The notes: generated by a model not told the origin, from the sequence alone. A stretch of DNA of 59,764 nt from Solirubrobacteraceae bacterium (GCA_036520135.1 DATDKF010000003.1:1-59764); one strand, 5' to 3'. Positions 1 to 7,658 are shown, counted from the first letter of the stretch. Numbers and translations: made by a program.

Positions 1-753
1 CCGCCGCGCCGGCGGCTCCGAGCCCGCGGTCAGCGCCTGCAGCCGCGAGGAGACGAGCGTGATTCCGGGCAGCGGGCGCGCCCGCGTGACCGCGTCGGCG
101 AACGCCTCGCGGTTGCCGCGCAGCGCCTGGAAGCTGAGCGCAGCCACGCCGAGCCCGGCCTCGAGCAGGTCCCACATGTCGGCCAGGACCAGGGCGGCGG
201 TGGCGAACGTCGCGGCGTTGGAGCTCATCAGCGGCAGCGCGTCGCCCGGGCCGATCGCCAGCCGCGCCGGCGCGCGGTCCTCGCCCTCGCCGGCGAGTGC
301 AAGGCCGAGCTGGGCGAGCACGGTGAGGTCGCCGGTGCCCAGGCCGCCGAGGTCGCGCACGGTCGGGACGCGGTGCTCGGCCAGGATGTCGGCGAGCGCC
401 AGCGCCACCTCCGGCCGGCTGCCGCCGCCCGCGGCCATCTGCGCGAGCCGCACGAGTACCGTCGCGCGCACCACGTCCTCGGGGAGCGGCTCCCCGACGC
501 CGCCGGCATGGCTGCGCAGCAGCCGCAGCGCGTGCTCGCCGAGGTCGCCGAGCACGTCGACATGGCGATTGGCGCCGACGCCGGTCGTACGGCCGTAGAC
601 GCCGCGGTCGGCCGCGACGGCCTCGGCCGCCGCGTGCCCGGCGGCCATCCGCTCGCGGGCCGCCGCGGTCAGCTCGACCGCGATCGGGCCGCCGCGCGCC
701 GCCGCCGCGACCGCGGCGGGCGTGAGCGGCTCGTCGCCGATGCGCAGCGTCAC
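1..753 (-). CDS. HAL/PAL-family (aromatic amino acid lyase fold) protein, N-terminal 251 codons only; 3' end lies beyond the window start
   Basis: Absent from the ORF track because it runs off the edge. My translation from GTG 753..751 reads VTLRIGDEPLTPAAVAAAARGG...GVYGRTTGVGANR...VPTVRDLGGLGTGDLTVLAQLGLALAGEGE...LMSSNAATFATAAL with no stop down to base 1. It resembles the HAL N-terminal half (YG.TTGFG, G.SGDLAPL, NG). The start overlaps the DUF1638 stop as GTGA. Confidence 0.6.
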   Translation of the reverse strand, partial: MTLRIGDEPLTPAAVAAAARGGPIAVELTAAARERMAAGHAAAEAVAADRGVYGRTTGVGANRHVDVLGDLGEHALRLLRSHAGGVGEPLPEDVVRATVLVRLAQMAAGGGSRPEVALALADILAEHRVPTVRDLGGLGTGDLTVLAQLGLALAGEGEDRAPARLAIGPGDALPLMSSNAATFATAALVLADMWDLLEAGLGVAALSFQALRGNREAFADAVTRARPLPGITLVSSRLQALTAGSEPPARR

Positions 754-1394
754 GCCGCCAGCAACGCCATGAGCTGTCGTTCCAGTGCCTCCTCTCCGAC
801 CTCGCGGACCTCCAGCGGCAGGCCGAGCGCGGCCGCCGCCCGCTCGGCCGCCGCGCGCGTGGCGGCGGTCGGGTGCTGGGCGAGCCAGAGCACGCGCGTG
901 TAATGACCGAAGTACGCGTCGCGCAGCTCGGGGTGGCGATCCAGCCCCAGCTCGCGCAGCACCGCGTGCTCGAACGTGCGGGCGAGGAAGTCGGTCAGCA
1001 GGTACGTGCCGGGCTCCTCCGCGAGCGCGGCCTGGGCGTCCGGGCCGGCGATCACGTCGTAGCAGTGCGCGCCCGCGAGCCGCGGCACGTCGCCGAGCAC
1101 GTCGTCGAGCGCTCCGTAGGTGCCGCAGTCGGCGTAGGCGACCGCCACGACGTCGTACGCGTCGAGCACCTCCTTGACCGCGGGCGCGATCAGCTCGGGA
1201 CGGTTGTGCAGCAACGCCGGCAGCGGATGGACCTGGACGTCGAGCCCGCGCCGCCGGGCGACGGCCTTGACGTGCACGGCGAGCGCGCCGCAGGCGACGA
1301 CGGTACGAGTGCTCCGCGGGACGTCCGGCCCCGCGTCCCGATCATGGCGGACGGCATCCGGCCGTCCGTAACCGGTCGGCTTCGCCTCCCTCAC
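750..1394 (-). CDS. DUF1638 domain protein (family regularly linked to corrinoid methyltransferase loci)
   Basis: Only the C-terminal 214 aa of track ORF 750..1922 look real (VVACGALAVHVKAVARRRGLDVQVHPLPALLHNRPELI...CGTYGALDDVL...LTDFLARTFEH). The internal GTG at 1394 forms a GTGA overlap with the stop of the upstream activator gene. The upstream part of the ORF is R/A/G-rich junk. Confidence 0.75.
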   Translation of the reverse strand: MREAKPTGYGRPDAVRHDRDAGPDVPRSTRTVVACGALAVHVKAVARRRGLDVQVHPLPALLHNRPELIAPAVKEVLDAYDVVAVAYADCGTYGALDDVLGDVPRLAGAHCYDVIAGPDAQAALAEEPGTYLLTDFLARTFEHAVLRELGLDRHPELRDAYFGHYTRVLWLAQHPTAATRAAAERAAAALGLPLEVREVGEEALERQLMALLAA

Positions 1395-3274
1395 GGGAAC
1401 GCCAGCTGGTCGACGAACATGTCGTTGAAGTCTGCGCGGCCGGACAGCTCGACGTACTCGACCTCGTGGACGATCGAGCGCGCCTCGGCCCGCTCGCGCA
1501 CGCTGAGCGCGGCCATCTTCGCGCCCTCGCTGGCCACGTTTCCGGCCGAGACGATCCGGGGAAGCGCCATCCGCGGCACGAGGCCGATCTTGACGGCGCT
1601 GGCCGGCGAAAGATAGGCCCCGAAGCTGCCGGCCAGCAGCACCTGCGAGATGTCCTCGACTGTGACGCCGAGCTCGGCCAGCAGGATCTGCCAGCCGGTG
1701 GCGATCGACGCCTTGGCGAACTGCAGCTCGCGGACGTCGCGCTGCGAGAGATAGACGCCGCTCGCGAGCATGAACACGCGCTCCTCGCCGATCTTCGTCA
1801 GCCGCGCGGCGAGCGCGGGCGCGATCTCCGCCGCGGTCTCGTCGGGCACATAGCGGCCCGAGTGGTCGAGCAGCCCCGCGCCGACCAGCTCGGCGACGCA
1901 GTCGACCAGCCCCGACCCGCACAGCCCGACCGGCTCCACGTCGCCGATCACCTGCAGCTCGAGCTCGTCGCCGGCGACCCGCACGCCCTCGATCGCACCC
2001 TCGGCGGCGCGCATCCCGCAGCGGATCTGCGCGGCCTCGAACGCCGGGCCGGCGGGCGCCGCGGTGGCGAGCACGCGGTCGTGGCTGCCGAGCGCGATCT
2101 CGCTGTTAGTCCCGACGTCGATGAACAGGCGCAGGCGCGTGTCGCGCGTGAGGCCGGTGGCGAGCATGCCGGCGACGATGTCGGCGCCCACGTAGGCGCC
2201 CAGCGACGGGAACACGACGGCGGGCGCGCGCGGGTGGATGGCGACGCCGAAGTCGGCCGCCGTCGCGGCCGGGAGCTCGTGCGCGGCGACGATGAACGGG
2301 GCCATCGACAGCGGCTCGGGGTCGATGCCGAGCGCGAGCTGGGTCATCGTCACGTTGCCGACGACGACGATCTCGTAGACCTCGGCGGGGTCGACGCCGG
2401 CCTCCTCGCAGACCTCGGCGGTCAGCTCGGCGAGCGTCTCGTGCGCGCGCGTCTCGAGCGCGCCGAGCGCCTCGTCGTCGAGCATCGTCGCCGAGACACG
2501 CGAGATCACGTCGGCGCCGTACGGCTGCTGGCGGTTGAGCATCGAGCGCACGGCGGCCGGCTGGCCGGTCTCGAGGTCGAGCAGCGCGGCGACCACCGTC
2601 GTCGTGCCGAGGTCGAACGCGATCGCGAACCGGCGCGTGGTCGTGTCACCGGGCTCGACCGCGATCAGCAGGTCGTCGCACACGACCGCAGTCACGTCGA
2701 ACATCGCGGCGCGCAGCGTCTTGCCGAGCGTGCGGACGACGCTCAGCTCCACGCGCGGCTCGAGGTCCTCGAGCGCGTCGAGCACCCGCTGCACGTCCGA
2801 GCGCTGGTCCTCGAGCGACGGCTCGTCGAGCACGAGGTGGCGCTTCTGCACCGCCGGGCGCAGGATCACGTGGCGGCCGACGCCCACGAGCGCCGCCTTC
2901 GGGCGCGTCTGCAGCGGCGGCACGTGGACCACCAGGTCACCGCGCGCTTCCGCGCGGCAGGCGAGCCGCCAGCCGTCGCGCAGCTCGTCGGGGCTGAACG
3001 CGCGCGGGTCGACCGAGCTCACCGGCACGTCGCCGTCCTCGATCCGCACCTTGCACTTCTTGCACGTGCCGTGGCCTCCGCACGTGGAGTCGATCGCCAC
3101 GCCGTTCCAGCTCGCGGCGTCGAAGATCGGCGTCCCGCTCGGGACGCGCACGTCCGTGCCGTCGGGTTGGAAGTGCAGGCGGACGCGCTGGGGCCCCGGC
3201 GGAGGGGTCAGACCCCTCCCTTCATCCGGCGGGTCGAACGCCGCGGTCAAGGGGTCAGACCCCTGGGCAGTCAC
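1391..3274 (-). CDS. Corrinoid reductive activation protein (N-terminal 2Fe-2S ferredoxin + ASKHA ATPase domain; RamA/RACo-like)
   Basis: Carries a CGGHGTCKKCKV cluster motif, ASKHA phosphate motifs AFDLGTTTVV and FIDVGTNSEI, and is 627 aa. The first ~30 codons are low complexity and carry palindromic repeats. There is no alternative canonical start nearer the ferredoxin domain. Confidence 0.9.
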   Translation of the reverse strand: MTAQGSDPLTAAFDPPDEGRGLTPPPGPQRVRLHFQPDGTDVRVPSGTPIFDAASWNGVAIDSTCGGHGTCKKCKVRIEDGDVPVSSVDPRAFSPDELRDGWRLACRAEARGDLVVHVPPLQTRPKAALVGVGRHVILRPAVQKRHLVLDEPSLEDQRSDVQRVLDALEDLEPRVELSVVRTLGKTLRAAMFDVTAVVCDDLLIAVEPGDTTTRRFAIAFDLGTTTVVAALLDLETGQPAAVRSMLNRQQPYGADVISRVSATMLDDEALGALETRAHETLAELTAEVCEEAGVDPAEVYEIVVVGNVTMTQLALGIDPEPLSMAPFIVAAHELPAATAADFGVAIHPRAPAVVFPSLGAYVGADIVAGMLATGLTRDTRLRLFIDVGTNSEIALGSHDRVLATAAPAGPAFEAAQIRCGMRAAEGAIEGVRVAGDELELQVIGDVEPVGLCGSGLVDCVAELVGAGLLDHSGRYVPDETAAEIAPALAARLTKIGEERVFMLASGVYLSQRDVRELQFAKASIATGWQILLAELGVTVEDISQVLLAGSFGAYLSPASAVKIGLVPRMALPRIVSAGNVASEGAKMAALSVRERAEARSIVHEVEYVELSGRADFNDMFVDQLAFP

Positions 3275-3290
3275 GGGGGGTCAGACCCCT
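3203..3290. repeat. Three copies of the palindromic core GGGGTCAGACCCCT (15-nt perfect palindrome AGGGGTCAGACCCCT in two copies)
   Basis: Exact 14-nt cores lie at 3204-3217, 3251-3264 and 3277-3290. Copies 1 and 2 fall inside the first 25 codons of the activator gene in two different frames. Copy 3 lies in the 22-nt gap between the methyltransferase stop and the activator start. I did not see the core elsewhere in the window. Confidence 0.85.
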
Positions 3291-3296
3291 CTCGCC

Positions 3297-4157
3297 TCAC
3301 GAGGCCGCGGCCGCCGCCTGGCGCGCGCGGTGGGCGGCGATCCAGCTCGCGCCCCAGGGGTCATGGCCCAGCAGCAGGTCCGCGGCGCGCACGCTCTGCA
3401 CGCAGACCTCGGCGGTGCTCATGATCGCGCTGGTCAGCCCCGCGGCCATCGCCATCGGCAGGAACGCCGCATTGAGGACGAACCGCTCGGGCAGGCCGAA
3501 CGAGACGTTCGACGCGCCGAGGCACATGTTCACGCCGAGCTCGTCGCGGATTAGCGAGATCGTCGTGAGCGTCGTCGTCACCGCTTCGGTGTCGGCCCCG
3601 ACGGTCATCGCGAGCGGGTCGATCACCACGTCCTCGGGCGGGATCCCGTGGTCGCCCGCCGCCGAAACGATCTTGGTCGCGATCTCGAGCCGCTGCTGTG
3701 GCGTCTCGGGGATGCCGGTCTCGTCGTTGGCCAGGCCGATCACCGCCGCGCCGTGGCGCGCGACCAATGGCAGGATCTCCTCCAGCCGCTCGTCCTCACC
3801 GGTCACCGAGTTCACGAGCGCCTTGCCCTCGTAGACGGCGAGGCCGGCCTCGAGCGCCTCGATCACCGACGAGTCGATGCACAGCGGGATGTCGGCCTCG
3901 GCCTGGATCACGGTGAGCATCTTCTGCAGCAGCTCGGCCTCGTCGACCAGCGGGATGCCGGCGTTGACGTCGAGCATGTCGGCGCCCGCGTCGACCTGCG
4001 CGTGGGTGTCGACCGCCACCGTCGCGAGATCGCCGGCCCGCAAGTCCTCGGCCAGCTTCTTGCGCCCGGTCGGATTGATGCGCTCGCCGATGATGCAGAA
4101 CGGCTGCCCGGCGCCGATCGTGACGGTCTTGGACCGGGATCGCAGGACGGTGTCCAT
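3297..4157 (-). CDS. Methylcorrinoid:tetrahydrofolate methyltransferase (pterin-binding, MtgA/MeTr-like)
   Basis: 286 aa with GERINPTGRKKL, MLDVNAG, NSVTGE and ASNVSFGLPER motifs typical of pterin-binding methyltransferases. The start shares 1 nt with the corrinoid protein stop (TGATG). Confidence 0.9.
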   Translation of the reverse strand: MDTVLRSRSKTVTIGAGQPFCIIGERINPTGRKKLAEDLRAGDLATVAVDTHAQVDAGADMLDVNAGIPLVDEAELLQKMLTVIQAEADIPLCIDSSVIEALEAGLAVYEGKALVNSVTGEDERLEEILPLVARHGAAVIGLANDETGIPETPQQRLEIATKIVSAAGDHGIPPEDVVIDPLAMTVGADTEAVTTTLTTISLIRDELGVNMCLGASNVSFGLPERFVLNAAFLPMAMAAGLTSAIMSTAEVCVQSVRAADLLLGHDPWGASWIAAHRARQAAAAAS

Positions 4158-4822
4158 CAGGCCGGCACCATCTCGCGCCGCTTCTCGATTAGCTCCTTGG
4201 CCTTCTTGACCGCCGACGACGCGTCGGCCGAGTAGCCGTCGGCGCCGACCGCGTCGGCGTACTCCTGCGTCACCGGCGCGCCGCCGACCATCACGATCAC
4301 CTTGTCGCGGATGCCGGCCTTCTGCAGCGCGTTGATGTTGGCCTTGAACATCGGCATCGTCGTGGTCAGGAACGCCGAGAAGCCGACGACGTCGGGCGCG
4401 TGCTCGTTGACCTGCTCGACGAACTTCTCGGGCGGCACGTTGACGCCGAGGTCGATCACCTCGAAGCCCGCGCCCTCGAGCATGATGTTGCAGAGGTTCT
4501 TGCCGATGTCGTGCACGTCGCCCTTGACGGTGCCCATGAGGAACGTGCCGACCGGCTTGCTCCCGGTCTCCGCGAGCAGCGGCCGCAGGATGTCGAGCGC
4601 GCCCTGCATCGCGCGCGCGGCGATCAGCATCTCCGGCACGAAGTAGTCACCGCGCTCGAAGCGCGCGCCGACCTCCTCGAGCGACGGGATGAGCGCGTCG
4701 TAGAGCATCCGCTCGGGCTCGAGGTCGCTCTCGAGGCCGGTCTCGACGCCCTCTTTGACGGCCGGGGCGTTGCCGACCAGGGTCTCCTCGTAGAGCAGCT
4801 GCAGGATCTCGTCGTGCGTCAT
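4157..4822 (-). CDS. Corrinoid (B12-binding) protein of a methyltransferase system (MtgC/MttC-like)
   Basis: 221 aa with an N-terminal helical cap and a Rossmann B12 domain carrying GDVHDIGKN (DxHxxG) and MVGGAPV. It has an ATGA overlap with the IclR stop. Confidence 0.93.
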   Translation of the reverse strand: MTHDEILQLLYEETLVGNAPAVKEGVETGLESDLEPERMLYDALIPSLEEVGARFERGDYFVPEMLIAARAMQGALDILRPLLAETGSKPVGTFLMGTVKGDVHDIGKNLCNIMLEGAGFEVIDLGVNVPPEKFVEQVNEHAPDVVGFSAFLTTTMPMFKANINALQKAGIRDKVIVMVGGAPVTQEYADAVGADGYSADASSAVKKAKELIEKRREMVPA

Positions 4823-5592
4823 GCGGCATGCACCCCCATGTCGTGGTCAAGCGCCTGGGCCTCGTGGATCAGCGTCGGGTACAGGTCGGCGATCCGCTGC
4901 GCGTCCAGCCGCAGCGTCGGGCCGGAGATCGACAGCGCGGCCATCCCGTCGACGACCGGAGCGGCGAGCGACGACAGCCCGGTCTCGAGCTCGTCTACGG
5001 CAGTGGCGTAGCCGCTGCGTCGCACGCGGGCGATCTCGGTCTCCAGCCGGTCGGGGTCGGCGATCGTCGCCGGCGTGAGCGGGTCGAGCGGGGTGGGTGG
5101 GATGGGCAAGCCGCCGAACGCGATCAGGACCTTGCCGACCGCCGTGCAGTGGTACGGGACGCGCCGCCCCACCCACTGGCCGGTTCCCAGGAAGTGCCGG
5201 CTCTCGACCTGCGCCAGGTGCTCGACGCCGAGCGGACCCGGGACCGCGAGGTTGATCGTCTCCCCGCTCGCCTCCGACAGCGCCTCCAGGCGCGGTTGCG
5301 CGAGCTCGACGAGCTGCCCGCGGTGGACGAAGCGCCGCAGCACGGGCCCGGGCTCGAAGCGTCCGCGCCGGCCGCGCTGCTGGATCAGCCCCTCGCGCTC
5401 GAGCGCGCCGAGGAGCCGGGAGGCCGTGCTCTTGGGCAGCGACGCGTCGTCGGCGAGTTCGGTCAGGCCGCGCGGGTGTTCGGACTCGAGCACGAGCGTG
5501 AGGAGCTGCGCCGCCCGGTTGATGGTCTGAGTTCCTTGGAACTCTTGTTCCACGGCGAATATATTAGGGTCGCGCTCATGTTCGTCAACCAC
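4819..5592 (-). CDS. IclR-family transcriptional regulator
   Basis: Contains the HTH LTELADDASLPKSTASRLLGALEREGLI plus an IclR effector domain. The start is uncertain. The first start (5592) would overlap the divergent mttB-like start, and the internal GTG at 5553 (VEQEFQGTQTINRAAQLL) is equally plausible. Confidence 0.85.
   Translation of the reverse strand: MVDEHERDPNIFAVEQEFQGTQTINRAAQLLTLVLESEHPRGLTELADDASLPKSTASRLLGALEREGLIQQRGRRGRFEPGPVLRRFVHRGQLVELAQPRLEALSEASGETINLAVPGPLGVEHLAQVESRHFLGTGQWVGRRVPYHCTAVGKVLIAFGGLPIPPTPLDPLTPATIADPDRLETEIARVRRSGYATAVDELETGLSSLAAPVVDGMAALSISGPTLRLDAQRIADLYPTLIHEAQALDHDMGVHAA
5554..5577. promoter_or_regulatory. Probable divergent promoter/operator core with AT-rich palindrome AATATATT (5558-5565)
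   Basis: This is the only AT-rich stretch between the IclR-led operon and the mttB-like gene. TATATT reads as a -10-like hexamer on both strands. Confidence 0.3.
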
Positions 5593-7020
5593 ATGCCGCG
5601 CTACGAGATTCTCAGCGACGAGGCGATGGACGTCCTCGACCGTGGCTGGCGGCGCATCGTGTCAGAGCTCGGCGTGGAGTTCATGCTCCCCGAGGCGGTC
5701 GAGCTGTTCCGCAAGGCCGGCCAGACCGTCGAGGGCGACGCGCTCGTCAAGCTCGACCCGGACTTCGTCCTCGAGCAGGTCGCCAAGGCCCCGCGCCAGT
5801 TCGACCTGCAGGCGCGCAACCCGGAGCGCAGCGCGCACATCGGCGGCGACCACATGGTCTTCTCCGCCGTCTACGGGCCGCCTTTCGTGCGCGATGGCGC
5901 CGAGCGGCGCGACGCGACGATGGCCGACTTCGAGAACTTCGTGAAGCTCTCGCAGGCGTTCCCGGAGCTCGACTCGCCGGGCGGCACGATCGTCGAGCCC
6001 AACGACCGGCCGCTCGACTCGCGGCACCTCGACATGGTCTTCGCGCTGCAGACGCTGTCCGACAAGCCGTACATGGGCTCGGTGATCTCCGGGCCGAACG
6101 CGCTCGACACGATCGCGATGGGCGAGATCCTCTTTGGCGGGCCCGATGCGCTGCAGCGCGCTCCGGTCTCGATCTCGCTGATCAACTGCAACTCGCCGCT
6201 GCGCTGGGACGACCGGATGCTCAGCGCGATGGTCGAGTACAACCGCGCCAACCAGGCCGTCGTGATGACGCCGTTCCTGCTGATGGGCGCGATGTCGCCG
6301 GTCTCCATCCCCGCCACGCTCGCCCAGCAGATGGCCGAGGCGCTGTCGGGCATCGCGCTCTGCCAGCTCGTGCAACCCGGCTGTCCGGTCGTCTTCGGCT
6401 CGTTCCTGTCCAACACCGACATGCAGTCCGGCTCGCCGAGCTTCGGCACGCCCGAGTCCGCGATCGGGCTGCTCTGCACTGGGCAGATCGCGCGCCGCTT
6501 CGGGCTGCCGTTCCGCAGCGGCGGCGGTCTGACGGCGAGCCAGACGGCCGACGCCCAGGCCGCCTACGAGGCGCTGATGACGCTGCTGCCGACGTTCCTG
6601 GCCGGCACCAACTTCGTCATGCACTCGGCCGGCTGGCTCGAGGGCGGCCTGGTGTCCTGCTACGAGAAGTTCATCGTCGACATCGAGCTGCTGCGGATGC
6701 TGCGGCACGAGTTCACGCCGCTGGAGATCGACGAGGCGAGCCTGGCCTTCGACGCCCACCAGGAGGTCGGCCAGGGCGGCCACTTCCTCGGCGCCGCGCA
6801 CACGCTCGAGCGCTTCCGCGAGTGCTTCTACCGGCCGCTGCTCTCCTCGACCGAGAACTTCGACCGCTGGACGCGCAACGGCGGCCAGGACGCCGCGGAG
6901 CGCGCCGCGAAGATCTGGCGCGCGACGCTGGAGGCCTACGAGCCGCCGGCGCTCGACGACGGCGTGCGCGCGCAACTCGAGGAGTTCGTGCGCCGCCGCC
7001 GGGAGGAGCTGGGCGACTGA
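5578..7020 (+). CDS. MttB-superfamily (trimethylamine methyltransferase family) protein, non-pyrrolysine type; predicted quaternary amine:corrinoid methyltransferase
   Basis: This is the real part of track ORF 4828..7020: MFVNHMPRYEILSDEAMDVLDRGWRRIVSELGVEF...SISLINCNSPLRWDDRML...GGLTASQTADAQAAYE...FDRWTRNGGQDAAERA. The frame is uninterrupted with no internal TAG. The start is ATG 5578 or ATG 5593. Confidence 0.92.
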   Translation: MFVNHMPRYEILSDEAMDVLDRGWRRIVSELGVEFMLPEAVELFRKAGQTVEGDALVKLDPDFVLEQVAKAPRQFDLQARNPERSAHIGGDHMVFSAVYGPPFVRDGAERRDATMADFENFVKLSQAFPELDSPGGTIVEPNDRPLDSRHLDMVFALQTLSDKPYMGSVISGPNALDTIAMGEILFGGPDALQRAPVSISLINCNSPLRWDDRMLSAMVEYNRANQAVVMTPFLLMGAMSPVSIPATLAQQMAEALSGIALCQLVQPGCPVVFGSFLSNTDMQSGSPSFGTPESAIGLLCTGQIARRFGLPFRSGGGLTASQTADAQAAYEALMTLLPTFLAGTNFVMHSAGWLEGGLVSCYEKFIVDIELLRMLRHEFTPLEIDEASLAFDAHQEVGQGGHFLGAAHTLERFRECFYRPLLSSTENFDRWTRNGGQDAAERAAKIWRATLEAYEPPALDDGVRAQLEEFVRRRREELGD

Positions 7021-7658
7021 GCGCCGACGGGCTGATCGCCGAGCGCGCCTACGCGGCCCTGCGCGACCGCATCGTCACGCTGAGGCTCCCGCCCGGCACG
7101 GCGCTGCGCGAGGACAAGCTGATGCGCGACCTCGGCATCGGCCGCACCCCGCTGCGCGAGGCGGTCAAGCGGCTCGCGCTCGAGGACCTGGTGGAGGTGC
7201 TGCCGCGCAGCGGCACCTACGTGACGAGCATCGACGCCGCCGACATCGTCCACATCTCCGAGGTCCGCGCCGAGCTGGAGGCGCAGGCCGCCGAGCTGGC
7301 CGCCCGCCGGCTCGACGACCCGATGCGCGAGCGCTTCAGCGCGCTCCTGGCCGACATCGGCGAGCGGCGGACCGGCCCCGACGCGCTGATGCGTCTCGAC
7401 GAGTCGATCCACCGGCTGGTCTGGGAGGCGGCCCGCAACCCGTACCTGACCGCCACGCTGGAGCGCTACTTCGCCCTGTCGCTGCGCGTCTGGTACGTCG
7501 TGCTCGACCGCGTTCCGGGCCTCGGCCCCGCGGTGCTCGACCACGCTCGCCTCGTCGAGGCGATCCTACGCGGAGACGCCGCCACGGCCCGCGAGCTGAT
7601 GCGCGACCACGTGGTCGAGTTCGAGCGCGAGATCGCGGCCGCGTTCAACGGCGACTAG
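7017..7658 (+). CDS. GntR/FadR-family transcriptional regulator
   Basis: Contains the [28 protein letters not shown] plus an FCD-like C-terminal domain. No ATG/GTG/TTG lies between the mttB stop and the HTH. The best candidate start is CTG 7017, which forms a CTGA overlap with the mttB stop. The track start at 6822 would overlap mttB by about 200 nt. Confidence 0.8.
   Translation: MSADGLIAERAYAALRDRIVTLRLPPGTALREDKLMRDLGIGRTPLREAVKRLALEDLVEVLPRSGTYVTSIDAADIVHISEVRAELEAQAAELAARRLDDPMRERFSALLADIGERRTGPDALMRLDESIHRLVWEAARNPYLTATLERYFALSLRVWYVVLDRVPGLGPAVLDHARLVEAILRGDAATARELMRDHVVEFEREIAAAFNGD

Noticed and set aside
3203-3290. Triple palindrome as a CRISPR array
   Set aside because: There are only three copies of a 14-15 nt unit at irregular spacings (47 and 26 nt). 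They are partly inside a coding region and no cas genes are present. This does not fit CRISPR architecture.
1466-3424. 652-aa plus-strand ORF (and the overlapping 2535..3554 ORF) opposite the corrinoid activator gene
   Set aside because: Its composition is dominated by R/A/G/D/H/E runs and no family motif is present. It lies exactly antisense to a gene with clear 2Fe-2S and ASKHA motifs. This is a typical stop-poor antisense frame of GC-rich DNA.
4823-5592. Cobalamin riboswitch upstream of the corrinoid operon or of the mttB-like gene
   Set aside because: The available non-coding space is only about 24-40 nt, and I could not spot a B12-box-like GCCACTG element. There is no room for a roughly 200-nt riboswitch.
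5662-6975. 437-aa minus-strand ORF antisense to the mttB-like gene
   Set aside because: Same reasoning: low-complexity R/A/L/E/G sequence with no motif, fully contained in a strongly supported gene on the other strand.
5578-7020. Possibility that the MttB homolog is a pyrrolysine enzyme (in-frame amber)
   Set aside because: The frame from 5578 to the TGA at 7018-7020 has no internal stop of any kind, so there is no UAG to recode. It is a non-Pyl family member.
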